From Amoebidium appalachense (lineage: Eukaryota > Protista > Ichthyosporea), in contig CAVNZM010000013.1 of assembly GCA_963693365.1 (NCBI GenBank), positions 3,128,722 through 3,192,721 of the forward strand: 64,000 bases of DNA. Reading direction: 5' to 3'. Within the stretch, counting starts at the first letter, position 1. Every line of letters starts with the position of its first letter. This document shows, one piece after another, positions 13,822 to 27,689 of this stretch. The position numbers and the translations under genes are program-made. The notes under the pieces are model-generated. The model was not told the DNA's origin and made no database searches. It saw only the letters and a list, made by a program, of their open reading frames with translations.

Positions 13822-15707
13822 CTCTTTTCAGGTCTCTTACCTCTCCAAAAGGTCTACCCCCAGCTTGGGCTCATCTATTGAGTTTTGGTCCTCCATGGGA
13901 GAACATGCTGCTGCATCAGGAACATAATCATGCTTGGTGCTGGAGAATTCTAGCGGTTGCGTGATTTTGGGGTTATCCATTCTCTATACCTTCTTGTGCT
14001 ATGTTAAACCAGACATAACCCTCTGATTGAAACGCAGTGGTTGATGTGATAAAGAAGAATGTAATGGGGACCGATATGAAAACACGTACACATACATTTA
14101 ATGCACGTGTGTGTGGGTTTGTGCGTATGCAATATATGTATGCCACAGCTGTATCTATGTATGTGAGTATGTATGTATGTATCAGGTGATAACTGTGTCT
14201 GGCTGTCTCCCTTGTTTTAGCACTCGCAGGATGAACTTTTCACCCTTAAGCTGTCGTGTTGGTTTGCGTGCACTACGTACACAGCAGAACCTTCACTATA
14301 ACCACAGAAAGGTCTACGTTTACTCGCTCTGTTTTGCGTCCCTGCACCTCCTACAATACGCGATTGATACTTCAAAAAAATAGGGTTGAGCCTACAGTAA
14401 AGAACGAAAAACGTATAGTCAAGCGAGAAAACTCGGTGGTGTTTCAACGTGCCTGCCACTGCTTGTTCGGAAACGGAGACTCGTGAGACAGTATACGTAT
14501 GAAGTTTCCATGGGAGACTGAGTGAGTGAAATGTTCGACTAGTTCGCTCTGGGGTGACGTCCCCATATACTCCCGTACGTGTCACATGAATTCGAAGCCG
14601 TTTGCAGAGGCTGCCATTATTCGCCTCTTATGTGAATAGACCAAAGGGTTGTTATTGGATAGTTTATCAAAGAGTATACAGTATGTCTTTTTCTATGTAC
14701 TTTTCTCTATACCAATATGCAATTTGGGTGTGCCACACTTCCCATTTAAACAGTACCGTGAAATTCCGAGTCTCAATTTACTGTGGAATGTTTGACAGAT
14801 GCTAAAGTAAGTAATGATTGGCTGTTGGCGCATCCCGCATTCCGGTTGGATTGTTCTATCCATTCTCTAATCCTATTGGTTTCTTGCACAGTCGGTCGCG
14901 GACTGGAGTCGAGAGTGACAGGCAGTCTCGGGCAGTCGGGGCAGGGGGTGAACTCGTTTTCGGCTGGTGGCAGCCTGGTGCCGTTCGTGAATATTTTGGC
15001 AAAAATTTCCCCTGTCTGGATGGCCCTATTAGAGCGGCCACCAACCGTTTTTAGGGGTAGTTTTTCATAGCTTTGGCTGTATTAGAGCCAGGCCGGTTGA
15101 AAATTGGTGGACCTAACCGCAAAAAATCAGGGACACTTTTCGGAGTTTAGGGACGATTCGTTGGCCAAAGACACACTACAATAATCAATTTCACAGCCTG
15201 GATCCGTGAGTGACGCCATGTTTCGCCCCGGGGACCGGGGTGCCGACTCCCGAGCAGGCAGACAGAGCAAGTTCTGTGCAAGGCCTCCGTTGTATCCGTG
15301 TAGGAGGCCTTGGTTCTGTGGCGATAGCCACGTGACGTGCATGTGTACGGTACCTATGTACGAATATCAGCAAACAACCATGTATGTAGGACGTGTACTG
15401 TACGTATTTCTACCGTATACGCGTACATGTGGGTGTATTAGATAAGGGCAGCAGGCCCGGATGTGGGTAAGCGGGTCCCCGCTTCACTGTCACTCACCTG
15501 TGGCGCAGTACTATGATTCTTTGTACATACATACGTGCCCGTCGCGATCGCAATCACTGATGCTGAGCACACATGTTGCAACGGCAACACGAGTCGCACG
15601 GGAGGACTGTCACGTGACTGGCCAGGTGTGGGAAAAACATGGCACAAACACACAAACACATACACATGTACACGTTACACACTCACACACACACACTCAC
15701 GCACACA

Positions 15708-16283
<576 letters not shown>

Positions 16284-16380
16284 GTGACACACACACACAC
16301 GTGTCATGAACACGTATGCCGCACATGCACATATATACACGCACACACGCGCGCACACACACACATATATACACACACAA

Positions 16381-16965
16381 GGGGGGCGGGTTGGTGCAAT
16401 GGTAAGATCTCTGCGTGTCAAGCTCAAAGTCGCAGGATCGATCCTGGTTACTTCCGATTTTTTTCTGCCTCGACGGTCCACCGGTCTGGCCGCCCCCTAG
16501 AAGCCATCACCCCAGACCACGTCAAAGCAGCACCACCAATTTGTTATCACCCGGCCGTAAGACATGACGTCATGAACAGCACCGGCCCTCTGACGTCGAC
16601 GGCGCGCCGCTTGGGCATCCCGGCCCAACGTTCAAGTGGGAGACCAATCCGAGTCACCGGCCACGGTTCGGGTCAGCGTCCTGGGCATGGGGTCTTCCCT
16701 TTCAAGTCTTTATGTTTGTGTATGTGTCCCGGGTCGCTCCCGGCTGGTGTTGTTAAAGTGAGCTGTGCTCATTTCCCCACTAGCGTTGCTGCGGCTAGAA
16801 CCGTGGGATAAGGCGTAACTAAAAATAGTGCCAGTTGGGGTCAATTAGAATCCTGACTTATGAGTGTGCTATACAGTACGATCTGTGTCTAGGCGGAAGA
16901 CGGTAAGCTCCCCTGAGGCAGTGCCTCGCCGGGAGTGAAACGGGATAAAATAAAAAAAAAAAAAA
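16381..16965 (+). mobile_element. tRNA-derived SINE-like element (~585 bp) with LINE-like 3' tail and poly(A)
   Basis: The head has an A-box-like TGGTGCAATGG and a B-box-like GGATCGATCC in a degenerate cloverleaf. The tail AGACGGTAAGCTCCC...GGGAGTGAAACGGGATAAAAT(A)n resembles the 3' end of the LINE at 22623-22720. It is flanked by ATATACACACAC on both sides (candidate TSD, low complexity). Confidence 0.75.
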
Positions 16966-17470
16966 TATACACACACGAACACACACACATACACACACCA
17001 ACGCGTACGTTCTGGTACACGATGTGTAATAGTACACATCTCTGCACACACGCATGCGCACACAGTCTCACACCCACACACATGTCCACCACACACCCGA
17101 CACACGTGCACACACGCACGCGTGCGCACATACATACATACACACATGCAAGCACTGTACACTCACACTCACAAATTAGCACACACACACACACGTACAC
17201 ATAAGAACACACAGTCAAACACACGCACACACGCCACACAAGTACACACACACGCACACACGCGCACACACACACATTGAATCAGGTAAGGCTTCTGTTT
17301 GTTATGAATTTGAATCTTGGAGGGGTGGTAGTATTATAAATGGATGTGGGGGGGGAGAGAGAAAAGGGGGGGGGGGGGGGGACGTCCGTAGCCACCCTGA
17401 TCACGACGGGGCCAGGCCGTGGCCGGGGAGGGAGACTACCCCGGCTGCCCAGAATGGTGGTGGTGGTGGT

Positions 17471-17504
<34 letters not shown>

Positions 17505-18548
17505 GGGGGGTGGACACCGCTATCATAGTAAAGGTCCTAAATGGCCATCCCATTCGGACCAATAATGTGCATAATTTCGAAAACCTTTCTCAGCTGCAGT
17601 CAAGACATGTTGGTATTGGTATTGGCATCCTCATTATAAATTAGCATCTCAGTTGAATTGGGAGGCCGTGACATGCTTATGTTAGCTAGGTATTCCCCCC
17701 CCCCCCCCCCCCCCCCCCCCCACACCCCACCCCCCACCCCCTCCCTCTTCCCCCCCCCGGCCTTCCTCCCTGTCCCCTCCCCGGTCTTCCTCCCCCTCCA
17801 CCCCCCACAACCCTCCCTCCCACCGGTCCCACCACCACCACCACCCATGCACCGGATGCCTGCGGGGTTTTCCCCTCTCTACACCCCTTATGATCTCGAC
17901 ATACCAAGTGCGCAGGTTACTTGTCTCTCACTCGCCCTACTATCATGATGATCAGTAATGCTCACTTCACATTCCCCCTCCCCTCACCCCCTCGCCCCCC
18001 CACCCCCACCCCCACCCCCCCTTCCTCCCATCCCCCCCACCGCCCCTACTGCTACTAACGGCTTGTTATAATTTCCCGTACATCTTCACTCAACCTCTTT
18101 CCAATACAACTATGGTTACAAGTGCATGCCCTCCCCCCCCCCCCCCCCCCTCTCCCTCCCAAATAAAGAAACTGGCTTATCACCCTTCTACTTCCGTTAT
18201 TTGATCTGAGTTTTGATGTAGTGTACACAAGTAAACTATGCGGGTTTGTCCAAAGCCATCAAAAACACACACACATTAGTTGAATATTTAGTGTGTATTG
18301 GGGGGGGAAAACCCATCTTTTTTTATCAGATGACACTGTGAAGGGGTCGAGAGGAGAGGGACCAGGGACAGGCTGCTTCCTCCCTCTTGCGGCTGACCCC
18401 TTGGTGGCTGGTGGGGAGGGGCAAGGGAGGTGAGGGGTGGGTGAAGGGTGGGTGGATGGATTGGCTTTCTCCCCCCTTTTCTTTTCTTTTCTTTTTTTTT
18501 TGTTTGTTTGTGTGTGTGTGTGTGGAGGGAGGGCCCAGAAGAGGAGAG

Positions 18549-18581
<33 letters not shown>

Positions 18582-19004
18582 TTGTGAGGGTTTGTTCAGC
18601 AAGTAGTATGGGTGACCTCTTGGACTCTGGGGTTGGCTGAGGCAGTCGCACCAGCACACCGTTCATTTGCCTGCAACCACCACCTCTCTTCCCCCCCCTC
18701 CCCCCCCCCCCCTCCCCCCCCCCCTCCCTCCCCCTCCCCCCCCCCCCCCCCCCCCCCCAAACCCACTTCTCCGTGTCCCCACCCTCCCTCCCCACTTCCC
18801 CCCCGGCCCGTCTCCCTTCTTGTGTCTGTGTTATCTGCCTTGGTCAGGAATTGTGTTTGTGGATTCAATGGGTGCATGTGTGTTTGTCACAAGCGTGCTT
18901 GCCAAGTGGGTGAATCAAGGTGCATGTAAGTGGCTATGTATCTATGTGTGTGTGTGGTGGTGGTGGTGGTGGTGGTGGTGGTGGTGGTGGTGTGTGTGTG
19001 TGTG

Positions 19005-19056
<52 letters not shown>

Positions 19057-19211
19057 TGGGGAGAGGGGGGGGAGAGTGGGGAGCCTGGGAGGGATGATGT
19101 GGTCTGCCTGTCTGGGAGGAGAGGAGAGGAAAAGGGGGATCTAAAATCTTTTTTGTTTATTCGAAAATCTTCTTTCTTGTCCACGTGTAGATGCGGTTGT
19201 TGCTTTTGGAG

Positions 19212-19293
<82 letters not shown>

Positions 19294-19306
19294 CACGCGC
19301 GCGCGC

Positions 19307-19399
<93 letters not shown>

Positions 19400-19612
19400 G
19401 GGAGGGAGGGAGGGGGAGGGATTTATGATTTGTAAGCTCAAAAGCCCTAGTCCCCTCCCCCCCCCTCTCTCCTCCAGCCAATCCCCGAGGATCCCCGAGG
19501 CTCCTTCCCCCCTCCCCTCACGTCCCCCCCCGTGCCCCCCCCCCCCCCCCCCCCCCCCCCGTTCTCCCCTCCCCCTCTCTCTTTTTTTGTTTGTAAGCTC
19601 CCCCCCCCCCTC

Positions 19613-19646
<34 letters not shown>

Positions 19647-19794
19647 CCATCATGACACACACAGCCGCATGCGCACACCAACACTACCTACTCCACTAGG
19701 GTCACCACCGGCACAGCCACAACCATCAACCCACTAAGTCTTTGTGAAGCTTCTAAAAGGGAAAAAGAATGGAGGGGAGAAGCAAAGGGGGAAA

Positions 19795-19828
<34 letters not shown>

Positions 19829-20023
19829 GGATGTTGGGAAGGATGCCTGGGCAGGGGGGGGGGGGGGGGAGGGGGGAGGGCTCCACATACATACATGGCG
19901 TTTGTCTTGTGGGAGGGGGGGGGGGGGGGGGGGAGGGGGAGGAGGCTCGAGGGGAAGGGGGAAGCCTTATACATGTATTATCTGGTGGAAATAGACGGAT
20001 GATTTTTTTAGTATGGAACTTGC

Positions 20024-20245
20024 TAAAGCAGAATTATTCTACTAAGAGCAATATAATTTTGCTTTATGCAAGTTTATCCTGCTGCGGGGAGCAGAATAAT
20101 TCTGCTGCTTATAATAATTCTGCTTCTAGCAGTCTAATTCAGTTTTGTCAGAATAATTCTGCTCTTGGCAGAATAATTCAGCTTTGTCAGAATAATCCTG
20201 CTCTTGGCAGAATAATTCAGCTTTTAGCAGAATAATTCTGCTCGG
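20024..20245. repeat. Minisatellite of ~18-20-bp quasi-palindromic units (GCAGAATAATTCTGC core), ~10 copies
   Basis: Direct reading shows repeated CAGAATAATTC(T/A)GC. Confidence 0.85.
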
Positions 20246-20554
20246 AGCAAGTCGTCTCAGTCAATGTGGTTGGCCACTCATAAAAGGCCTTCTCATCCCT
20301 CTTCGTGGCACATTACTTATCCGAAACTTTTCACTTGGGCGACTCTCAGATCATTCAAGTGCCCACAGTACCTCAAATCACAAAGGGTGAAGCAATCCAA
20401 AAAAAAAAACCCCCCAGCGAACATGCAGCAAATCCATAAGCTTGGATCTGTTTTCTTTGCCTCCCCACTTTTTTTGGCTTTCCAAAGCTCTTTCCCAATG
20501 TATCATTGTTGTTCCCATTATGACAACCCCCCCACCCCTCCCCCCTCCCCCCCC

Positions 20555-20586
<32 letters not shown>

Positions 20587-20958
20587 AAAAAAAAATATAA
20601 AAAAAGGGAAAAAAAAAAGAAAAAAAAAAAAAAACACACACACACATCACCCACCCATCAGCCCGCCCAGTCTCAAGCCCTTCTTTTTCAGGCTCCGTCG
20701 CTTTTTTTTTTTTTTTTTTTTTTTTTCCCCCGGCGCAGCACTACATATGGAGGCCGGGAGAGGTTACGAGGGGGGGAAGGGGGAGAGAGAGGGGGGGGGG
20801 GGGGGGGGGGGGGGGTGATTGAAATAAGAAAATAAGATGTGCCAGGCTTTGCGTGATGGTTCTTTTTAAGAGGGCAGAGAAAGGGGACTCGAGCATATTC
20901 GGGTGGAAGGACAGGACGGGGAAGGGGGGAGAAGGGGAGGGGAGAAGGGGTTGGGGGT

Positions 20959-20991
<33 letters not shown>

Positions 20992-21498
20992 ATCGGCGAA
21001 GGGCTAATCATTCAGCAGCTGTTAGCAGGCGGTCTTATATATATAGGGGCTGCCTTAGCAAACCTTGAGGAGAACACGAACCTTAACTGCAAAAAACCAC
21101 CAACATAGTGGCATATGCGTCTTGTGTGGGCGGTCACCAAACTGACGGGGATGATATCAGCTGGTGGTGAATGCACAAAGTTGTGGCTGTAATTGTGGGA
21201 CAGGATGTGCTACTGACAGATCAATGTAGCCCTTATTTATAACTGTTTTTAGGGACTTACAGTTAGGATCAAAACCAAATTGTATCCATGCAGCCAATTT
21301 GTGAGCAAAACTTATCCGCTACTATAAAACCTCATCTCCCCCCCCCCCCCCCCCCCCCACCCACCCACCCTCACCCCCCCCCCCCCCCCTCCCCCTCCCC
21401 CCCCCTCAGGGGATCATCGCTCTATCCCTCGAGGAGTCCCCAACATCCCGGCCCCAATACACCTCTTTCCCGAAACAGAGGCTCCAAATTCACTACTA

Positions 21499-21537
<39 letters not shown>

Positions 21538-22535
21538 AAAAAAAGAGAAAAATAGTCAATAGCTTAGTTGAAGTTAACTATCTCCCCCCCTCCCCCCGTC
21601 TTTCAAAAAAAAAAAAAAAAAAAAAAAGTTAGAAATAGAAAAATGAAGAAAAAAAGGAAAAAGAGGTACAGCGTCAACTTGTCTCCTCCGATTTCCTCCG
21701 TCGACCTCCCCCCTCCCCCCCCCCCCCCCTCCTCTTCCCATCCCCACCTCCCCCCCCCCCCCCCCCCCCCTTGCCGCCGAGTCCCACCCACTCTTATTTC
21801 CTTCCTCCCCCCGTCCCACCCCGTCACAGGAATTTGTGCACCGGGAATATTTTTTGCACTCAGATTCAATGTCTCTGAGTCCCAGACTGTATAGAAAAGA
21901 CCACCGTAACCTTATGCAATGTATAGAGAAATAACACGTTTTCTCGTTTTCTAAAGTAGTTTTTTTTGCCTGTTCAGATGATTATGTATTTTCAGATGCT
22001 CAACAATTCTGCTCTAGTAGTATGCTGAATATTTTCACTGACTCGACTCCAGCTTCCACTCGCATGAATCCCCCCCCCCCCCCCTCCCCCCCCCCCCCCC
22101 TCTCTCTCTCTACCCCCCCCCCCCCCCCCTTCCCCCCCTTCCCCCCTCTGGCCCCCGTTACGTCGTAAAGGGGGTTTAATTAAGGGGGTTTAAGATTAAA
22201 ACAGCTACTATGACTCGTGTTAATCACATATCTAGACCAACATACATGGCCATGACGCACGAAAAAAAATCATGTAGCAACCAGTCATATAAACCGTCCA
22301 GAGCAATCATCTTTCTGGTGTGAAAATTTCCTGTGACCCCCCCCCCCCCTCCCCCTCCCCCCCCCCCCCCTCCCCCCGGCCCTCATAGTCTCAAGCCCTT
22401 CTTATAAAATTCTATTTTCTATCTGTTTTTTTTTGTCTTTTTCGCAACGGTAGATGTGACAGAGGCCAGAAGGGGTTTTGAAGGTCTGGGCAAGCATCGG
22501 GGGGGGGGGGGGGGGGGGGGGGGGAGAGGGGGTTG

Positions 22536-22582
<47 letters not shown>

Positions 22583-22953
22583 GGAGGGGGGTTTGCAAGT
22601 GCTGTGCGCACCAAGCTCTGCGAATTTTTTATTATTTTTTTTTTATTTATTTTTTTATATATTTTATCACGTTTTGTTCCCGGAGGGCCTTATCAGGCCC
22701 TCTAGGGAAACTACCGTCTACCACACAGCACCGACAGTACACTAGTTAAGGTGCTATCTATGAGTTCAGCTAAGCTAAACCATCCTTCACAACCTAACTA
22801 TAAGTACGCACTTTGCCCAGGGCTACTACCCCAGCCACGCCGGCAGGAGGCTCCAGTCCTCCCCTCCATTCAAAACCTAGCAATAAACGTTAACCGAGGG
22901 CTCTCATTGGTCGATCTACAGTATTGGGAAGTCCTATGTGTTGTGTATAATAT

Positions 22954-24472
22954 TTACGGTGGGTATGGGTGGATGATGGGGTGTGGTGGTGGTGGTGGTG
23001 GGGGGTTGCTGCCTAACATTATGTGTTGTTGTACGTATGTTGTGGCGATGTTTTTGTGGACTAAAAGGTGGGTTTTACAGGGCACACCGGGTCTGTGTGT
23101 GTTCCGGCAGTCAGAACAGGCCGGCCGGGTGTGTGTGGGGGGTGTATTTGTTGGTGTTTTGGGTTTTTGGAGAGCCATACTTTTCTTTCTACGGGTGGGG
23201 GGTATATGGTGGTGTTTTTGCATTTTGGGGTGGGTGGGGGGGAGTGTTGTGTTCCGTGGGTGCCAAATTTTTGAAAAGAAAAAGGATTGCAACTCTACTG
23301 TGATTGTTCCTAAGATGGCCCGGGTGGTGGTCTTGGTGGTGCCGGTGGCTGCAAGTAGTGGGCCCACCGATCGTGGGCAGAATCCCCGTTCGACCCACTT
23401 GGTGTCTTCGGGGTCAGGTGGGTCACCGTTGCCTCCTATCCAGTTTATCCATGCACATTGGTCTACCACCGTGGCTGCCGTATGGTGGTGCTGTGCCGTG
23501 GGGGTGTTTGGATGACGAGTGTGCAGGACGTTGTGGATGCAGGCTGTGATGGCGGTGGTCAGGGTGGGGACTTCCCCGGCATGGGCCGGGCAGGCCCAGA
23601 GGTGGGTGGTGGTCTCAGGGTGCTGGCTGCACCGGGGGCATGTGGGCTGTGTAACGACGGTGGGGTGATCTCGGTGTAGCCGTGCCATGGTAGGCAGGGT
23701 GCCCATGGCCAGGGACAGGCTACGAGTGTTTCCTCTGACTGCCCCGATGGTTGCCTGTGTGGGCCCCTTGTTGAGCTTGAGGGGGTTCCGTTCGGCTGGG
23801 AGCAGTCTGGGGTCGGCTAGTATGGACATAGCCTTGGTCTTGCCGGCCATGTCGGTGAGGAAGTCCTTGTTCAACCGGTTCAGTGTACCGGGAATGTTGC
23901 CGGGGATACGGTGGCCTTGTAGTCGTAGGAAGTATTCCCCCCCCCCTGGGGCCGGAGGTAGGGGGGGGGGGGGAGGGGGAGGACTCTTCCTGCATTGGCT
24001 GCCTTGTCTGCCTCGTTATTCCGTTGACCGTACCGTTTGGTTTGGATTGGTGCCCCTTCACCCACGATACATGTACAGAGCCTGGTTGCCGGAGAGAGAG
24101 TTGGTCTCGTACGTGAGCCCATTCCACTATGTGGGGGAACTTTAGCTTACGTCGAGGGGGTGTGGTGGGGTCCATATTTGCCGTCCATCGGTCGACTACT
24201 CCGAGGTTATCGAGCTTGATGTGGATGGGGGTGGTGGTGGGGGTGAGCAGGAGGGCTAGTAGTACCCCTGTGAGTTCGGCTTGGGTGGATGATAGGGCCG
24301 TATGGAGCCTGGTCTTGGCCGTCACTGGTGGTGCTTTCCGGTCCGGGGTGTCCAGCACAGCCCCGGCTCCGGCCTGGGCTATCCTCCTGCCCGGGTGGAT
24401 GAGGCTGCCGTCCGTATAAACGGTGATCGGTTGGTCTGGGGGGTAGGGTGATTTGCTGCTGCCACTCGTCAT
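22954..24472 (-). CDS. LINE polyprotein C-terminal part: RNase H and CCHC zinc knuckles (frameshifted)
   Basis: RNase H motifs are VYTDGS, QAEL, KLDN, WVKGH and NNEAD (the last in a shifted frame). Zinc knuckles are CPRC...ETTTHLWAC and CSDCRNTHRPGVPC. Confidence 0.88.
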
Positions 24473-27400
24473 AGGTGGCCTGGGGCACCAAGTCGGTGTA
24501 GGTGAGCCTACGGGGAGTGGGTGGGCTCGGCAGGTCAGCCGGGTGGGCCGTGCACTTGTGTCCTGGTGGTGACCCTACCGGTGGTGGCTGCTGGGGGGGG
24601 GGTGGGCCGGGGAGGTCCCCCGGTAAGGGTGTAACTTCCTCGTTGGCTTGCAGGTGGAGCATCTGGGGTGATGCCTGTTGGTGGGGGGGAAGATGCCGCC
24701 GAAAATGGTGTATCTTCCTCCACTGCTCGGCCGGATCGGAGCCATCCTTCAGTGCGATGACTTGGTAGATGTCGATACTGTCGGTGTTGATGAAGTCCTT
24801 ATGGTACTTCGGGACTACCATGTGGGTGGTGATTCGGGTCTTGAAGGCCACGTAGGGGTCTGCCCGTATCACCTCCACAGCACGGGTCCACCCCACACAC
24901 TGCTTGTTGTGGGTGTGGTTATCGGCTGGGGGCTCAGGGGGCTCGTATTTGCTGTTGGTGCTGTCAGTGTTAGAGTCCTCTGAGTCGTCGGAGTCGTCGC
25001 TGGGCCCCATCGACTCCGATTCTGGCTCCGTGTCTAACCCTTCCCCCTCTCCGTCTGCGTACCCGGGGTTGGGGGAGAGGGTGGCCGGGGTGTAGGCTAG
25101 GTTCCATGGGGAGTGGCCGTATTTGCAGCCACCAGGGCAAAAGCGGAAATGGGCTGTACCATGTGGGTCGTTCCACGTGGGTCGGTGCCATCTCAGCCCC
25201 TCCTCCTCTGTGTTGTCCCGTAGATGGGCTATTTTGACCCAAGCCTCCCCGTTGTGGGTGGTGTGGGCCACCACCTGGCTGAGTTCGTATTGCCCGTTCT
25301 TGACTATTTCCACCACGAATGCACCGACGGGGTGGTTTGCCACGAGGTCAATGGTGTGGTGGGTGTGTGGTCTGGGTGCTGGCAGTAGTTTGTCTGCGAT
25401 GGGGATGGCCCCCTTGATGATGGACCTGTACCACTGTGTAGCTCCCGGGTGTAGTAGGTCTGGGGGGTGGGGCAGTTCGGGGAACGCCCGGAACACCCCC
25501 GGCCGTACCATGGTGTCCTCCACCGTGTAGAGTTGACGGGGGTGTGTGTGGGGGCCGATGTGGGCCGCAAAGGTGTGGTCCGGGAAAACGGTGTTGATAG
25601 GGGTGCTGGTTGTTGTTGCTGCTTCCCCTCCTTCTCCTTGGGGGGAGGGGGGGGGGTGGGGTGGGGGTGCTTGTGTTTTCTTGGGGGGGGTTTCCCCAAT
25701 ACTCAGGTGCCGCTCGTGAAGGATCCCCGTGATATGGGCCCAATAGTTGTGGAGCTGCTTTCCCCCTAGCCTGTAAAGTTTGGCTGGGGGTGCTTGCAGG
25801 GGTGGGTAGGGTAGGCCTGTGACGTGTTGCTGCTGCCAGGCTCGGTACCGGACCACGTCCCCTGCTGGTCCTGGTGTTTCCAGCAGGGCACACAGCTCCG
25901 TGACCATGGTGCTTGCTGCTGATTCGACGATGCTGGCCAGTCCCCCTAGAGTGGGATGGTGTAGCAGCCCGGACGGGGTGCTCCGGTGGATTCCGAAACC
26001 ACACTTCCGACGGAGTAGGTCTCTCCACTTGCTGTCGATTGCCTGCATGGTGGTGTTGCTAATAACTGACCCTTTGAGGAGGAAGAGGATGGCCGGGGCC
26101 ACCACACTGTTGGCTACGTAGATCACTTGGCTGGGTGCCAGCATTTTACGGGCAAGTATGGTGGTGGCCCGTAATGTCAGCTGCATGGCCTTCCCATCGT
26201 TGGGCCGGGTGTGTCGTTGGAGGGTGATGTTGACCCCTAGCACTCTGATGTGCGCATCGGGGGGCTCGATCTGAATGGGTAGAGGTGGTGCTCCCGGGGA
26301 TTTGCGGTACTGCAGGGGGGCCACTGTTGCCGGGGTTGGAGTACCACGGGCGAGGACTGAAAATTTGTCTGGGTGTGGTTCCAAGTCATGGTAGTAAAAA
26401 AAGGGGGCAGATAAGTCGAGAGTTTGCTGGATGCTCTCCTTGTTGGGGCCAAACCATGTTGTGTCGTCGGCGAAGGCTACAGACGTCACACACGGGGGTG
26501 TTTGTGCCGGTGTGTGGTGCTGTGTCTGTGGGGGTAGGTGGAAAGTGTACCCCTTGCCGTGCCTTTTGATGGCTGTCAAAACTGGATCGTAGAAAATAAT
26601 CCACAGAATGGGGGAGAGGACAGCCCCTTGGGCCAGGCCGTTTTCAACAGGGAAAGACTCAGTGTGCCCCTGGTCTGTGCACACCGTGGCCGTACGATTG
26701 TGCCACATGTGCCGGAGGAGGGTGATTAGCTGGGGGTCGGTGCCCAGGCGGGTGAGCCCCAGTTCCACCGAGGGCCAAGACACCGTGTCATATGCCCTCT
26801 TAATGTCCTGTTGGACGATCCATAGTTCCTGGTCGTGGTCTATGGCATCATCTATCGTCTCTCGGATGATAGCCAGCGCCCCGTCGATACCCGGGCCCGG
26901 CACGAACCCGAAATTCCCCCCCGGGAGGAGGGTGGGGTGCTGCCGGAAGATCGAGAGTAGGCGCTGGTTGATGACCGATTCTAGCAGCTTCCGTGCCGTT
27001 TCCAAGAGTGCTATCGGTCGGGTTTTGTCGAAGTCACCTTCCCATTCCCCTTTCGGTAGGGGATGGATGGTGTGGTGCAGCCATGACCTCGGTGTGGTCC
27101 CCGTGGCCAGACATCCGTTGATGATATGTAGGAGCCATGCTAGCCCCTTTGGCCCCAGGTGTTGGAAGTATTCGTACTGGATTTCCGTTGGGCCGGGGGC
27201 CTTCCCCCCCTGTCGGCTTTGGACGATCTGTTGGAGCTCGTCGTGGGTGGCCGGGTACATTATAGACCCTAATGGGGAGTCTTCGGGGGGGATCGGTCGA
27301 TAGAATGTCGGCCCACCTTGGGTCGGCGAGCATCTCCTCGATGTGTGGGTTCCTGCGGGCCGTCCACCGGTGATAAGTTTCACGAATGACGGGCTCCGTG

Positions 27401-27660
27401 TCAGCCCACTCCGTGAGGTACTCAGTGCCCGTTGGGGTGACGTGCTTGACTAACGTAGCCGAGACGTTCACACTCCCCCGGTCTAAAATGCTGCTTAGTG
27501 CTCGCCGGAGTTCGTCCACCGTACGCTTGCACCGTGCTTCTGCTGCTGCTGTTGCCCGTAGCCAAAGGAGTTTTTGCCGTTTCCTTCGGAGTTGGGACCT
27601 GTATAGTTGTAGTTGCTCCCGCATGGTTTCCTCCCACTCCTCCCACTGCCTCCCTGTCTG
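24450..27660 (-). CDS. LINE reverse transcriptase domain plus flanking linkers
   Basis: Non-LTR RT motifs are KAPGPTEIQYE, RPIALLETARK, DIKRAYDTVSW, GLAQGAVLSPILW, AFADD and RVLGV. Confidence 0.95.
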
Positions 27661-27689
27661 AGACAGGTGGGCTGCTGGGGGGGTGGGGT

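Noticed and set aside
13838-13875. Candidate upstream coding exon for the 7TM gene (ATG..GAG|GTAAGA, minus)
   Set aside because: Its phase does not match the 13270 acceptor; it is at best a UTR exon.
14000-15650. Repeat-free stretch with hairpins (e.g. CAAGGCCTCC/GGAGGCCTTG at 15279-15312)
   Set aside because: No ORF, termini or second copy supports a specific call; it is probably promoter or old TE sequence.
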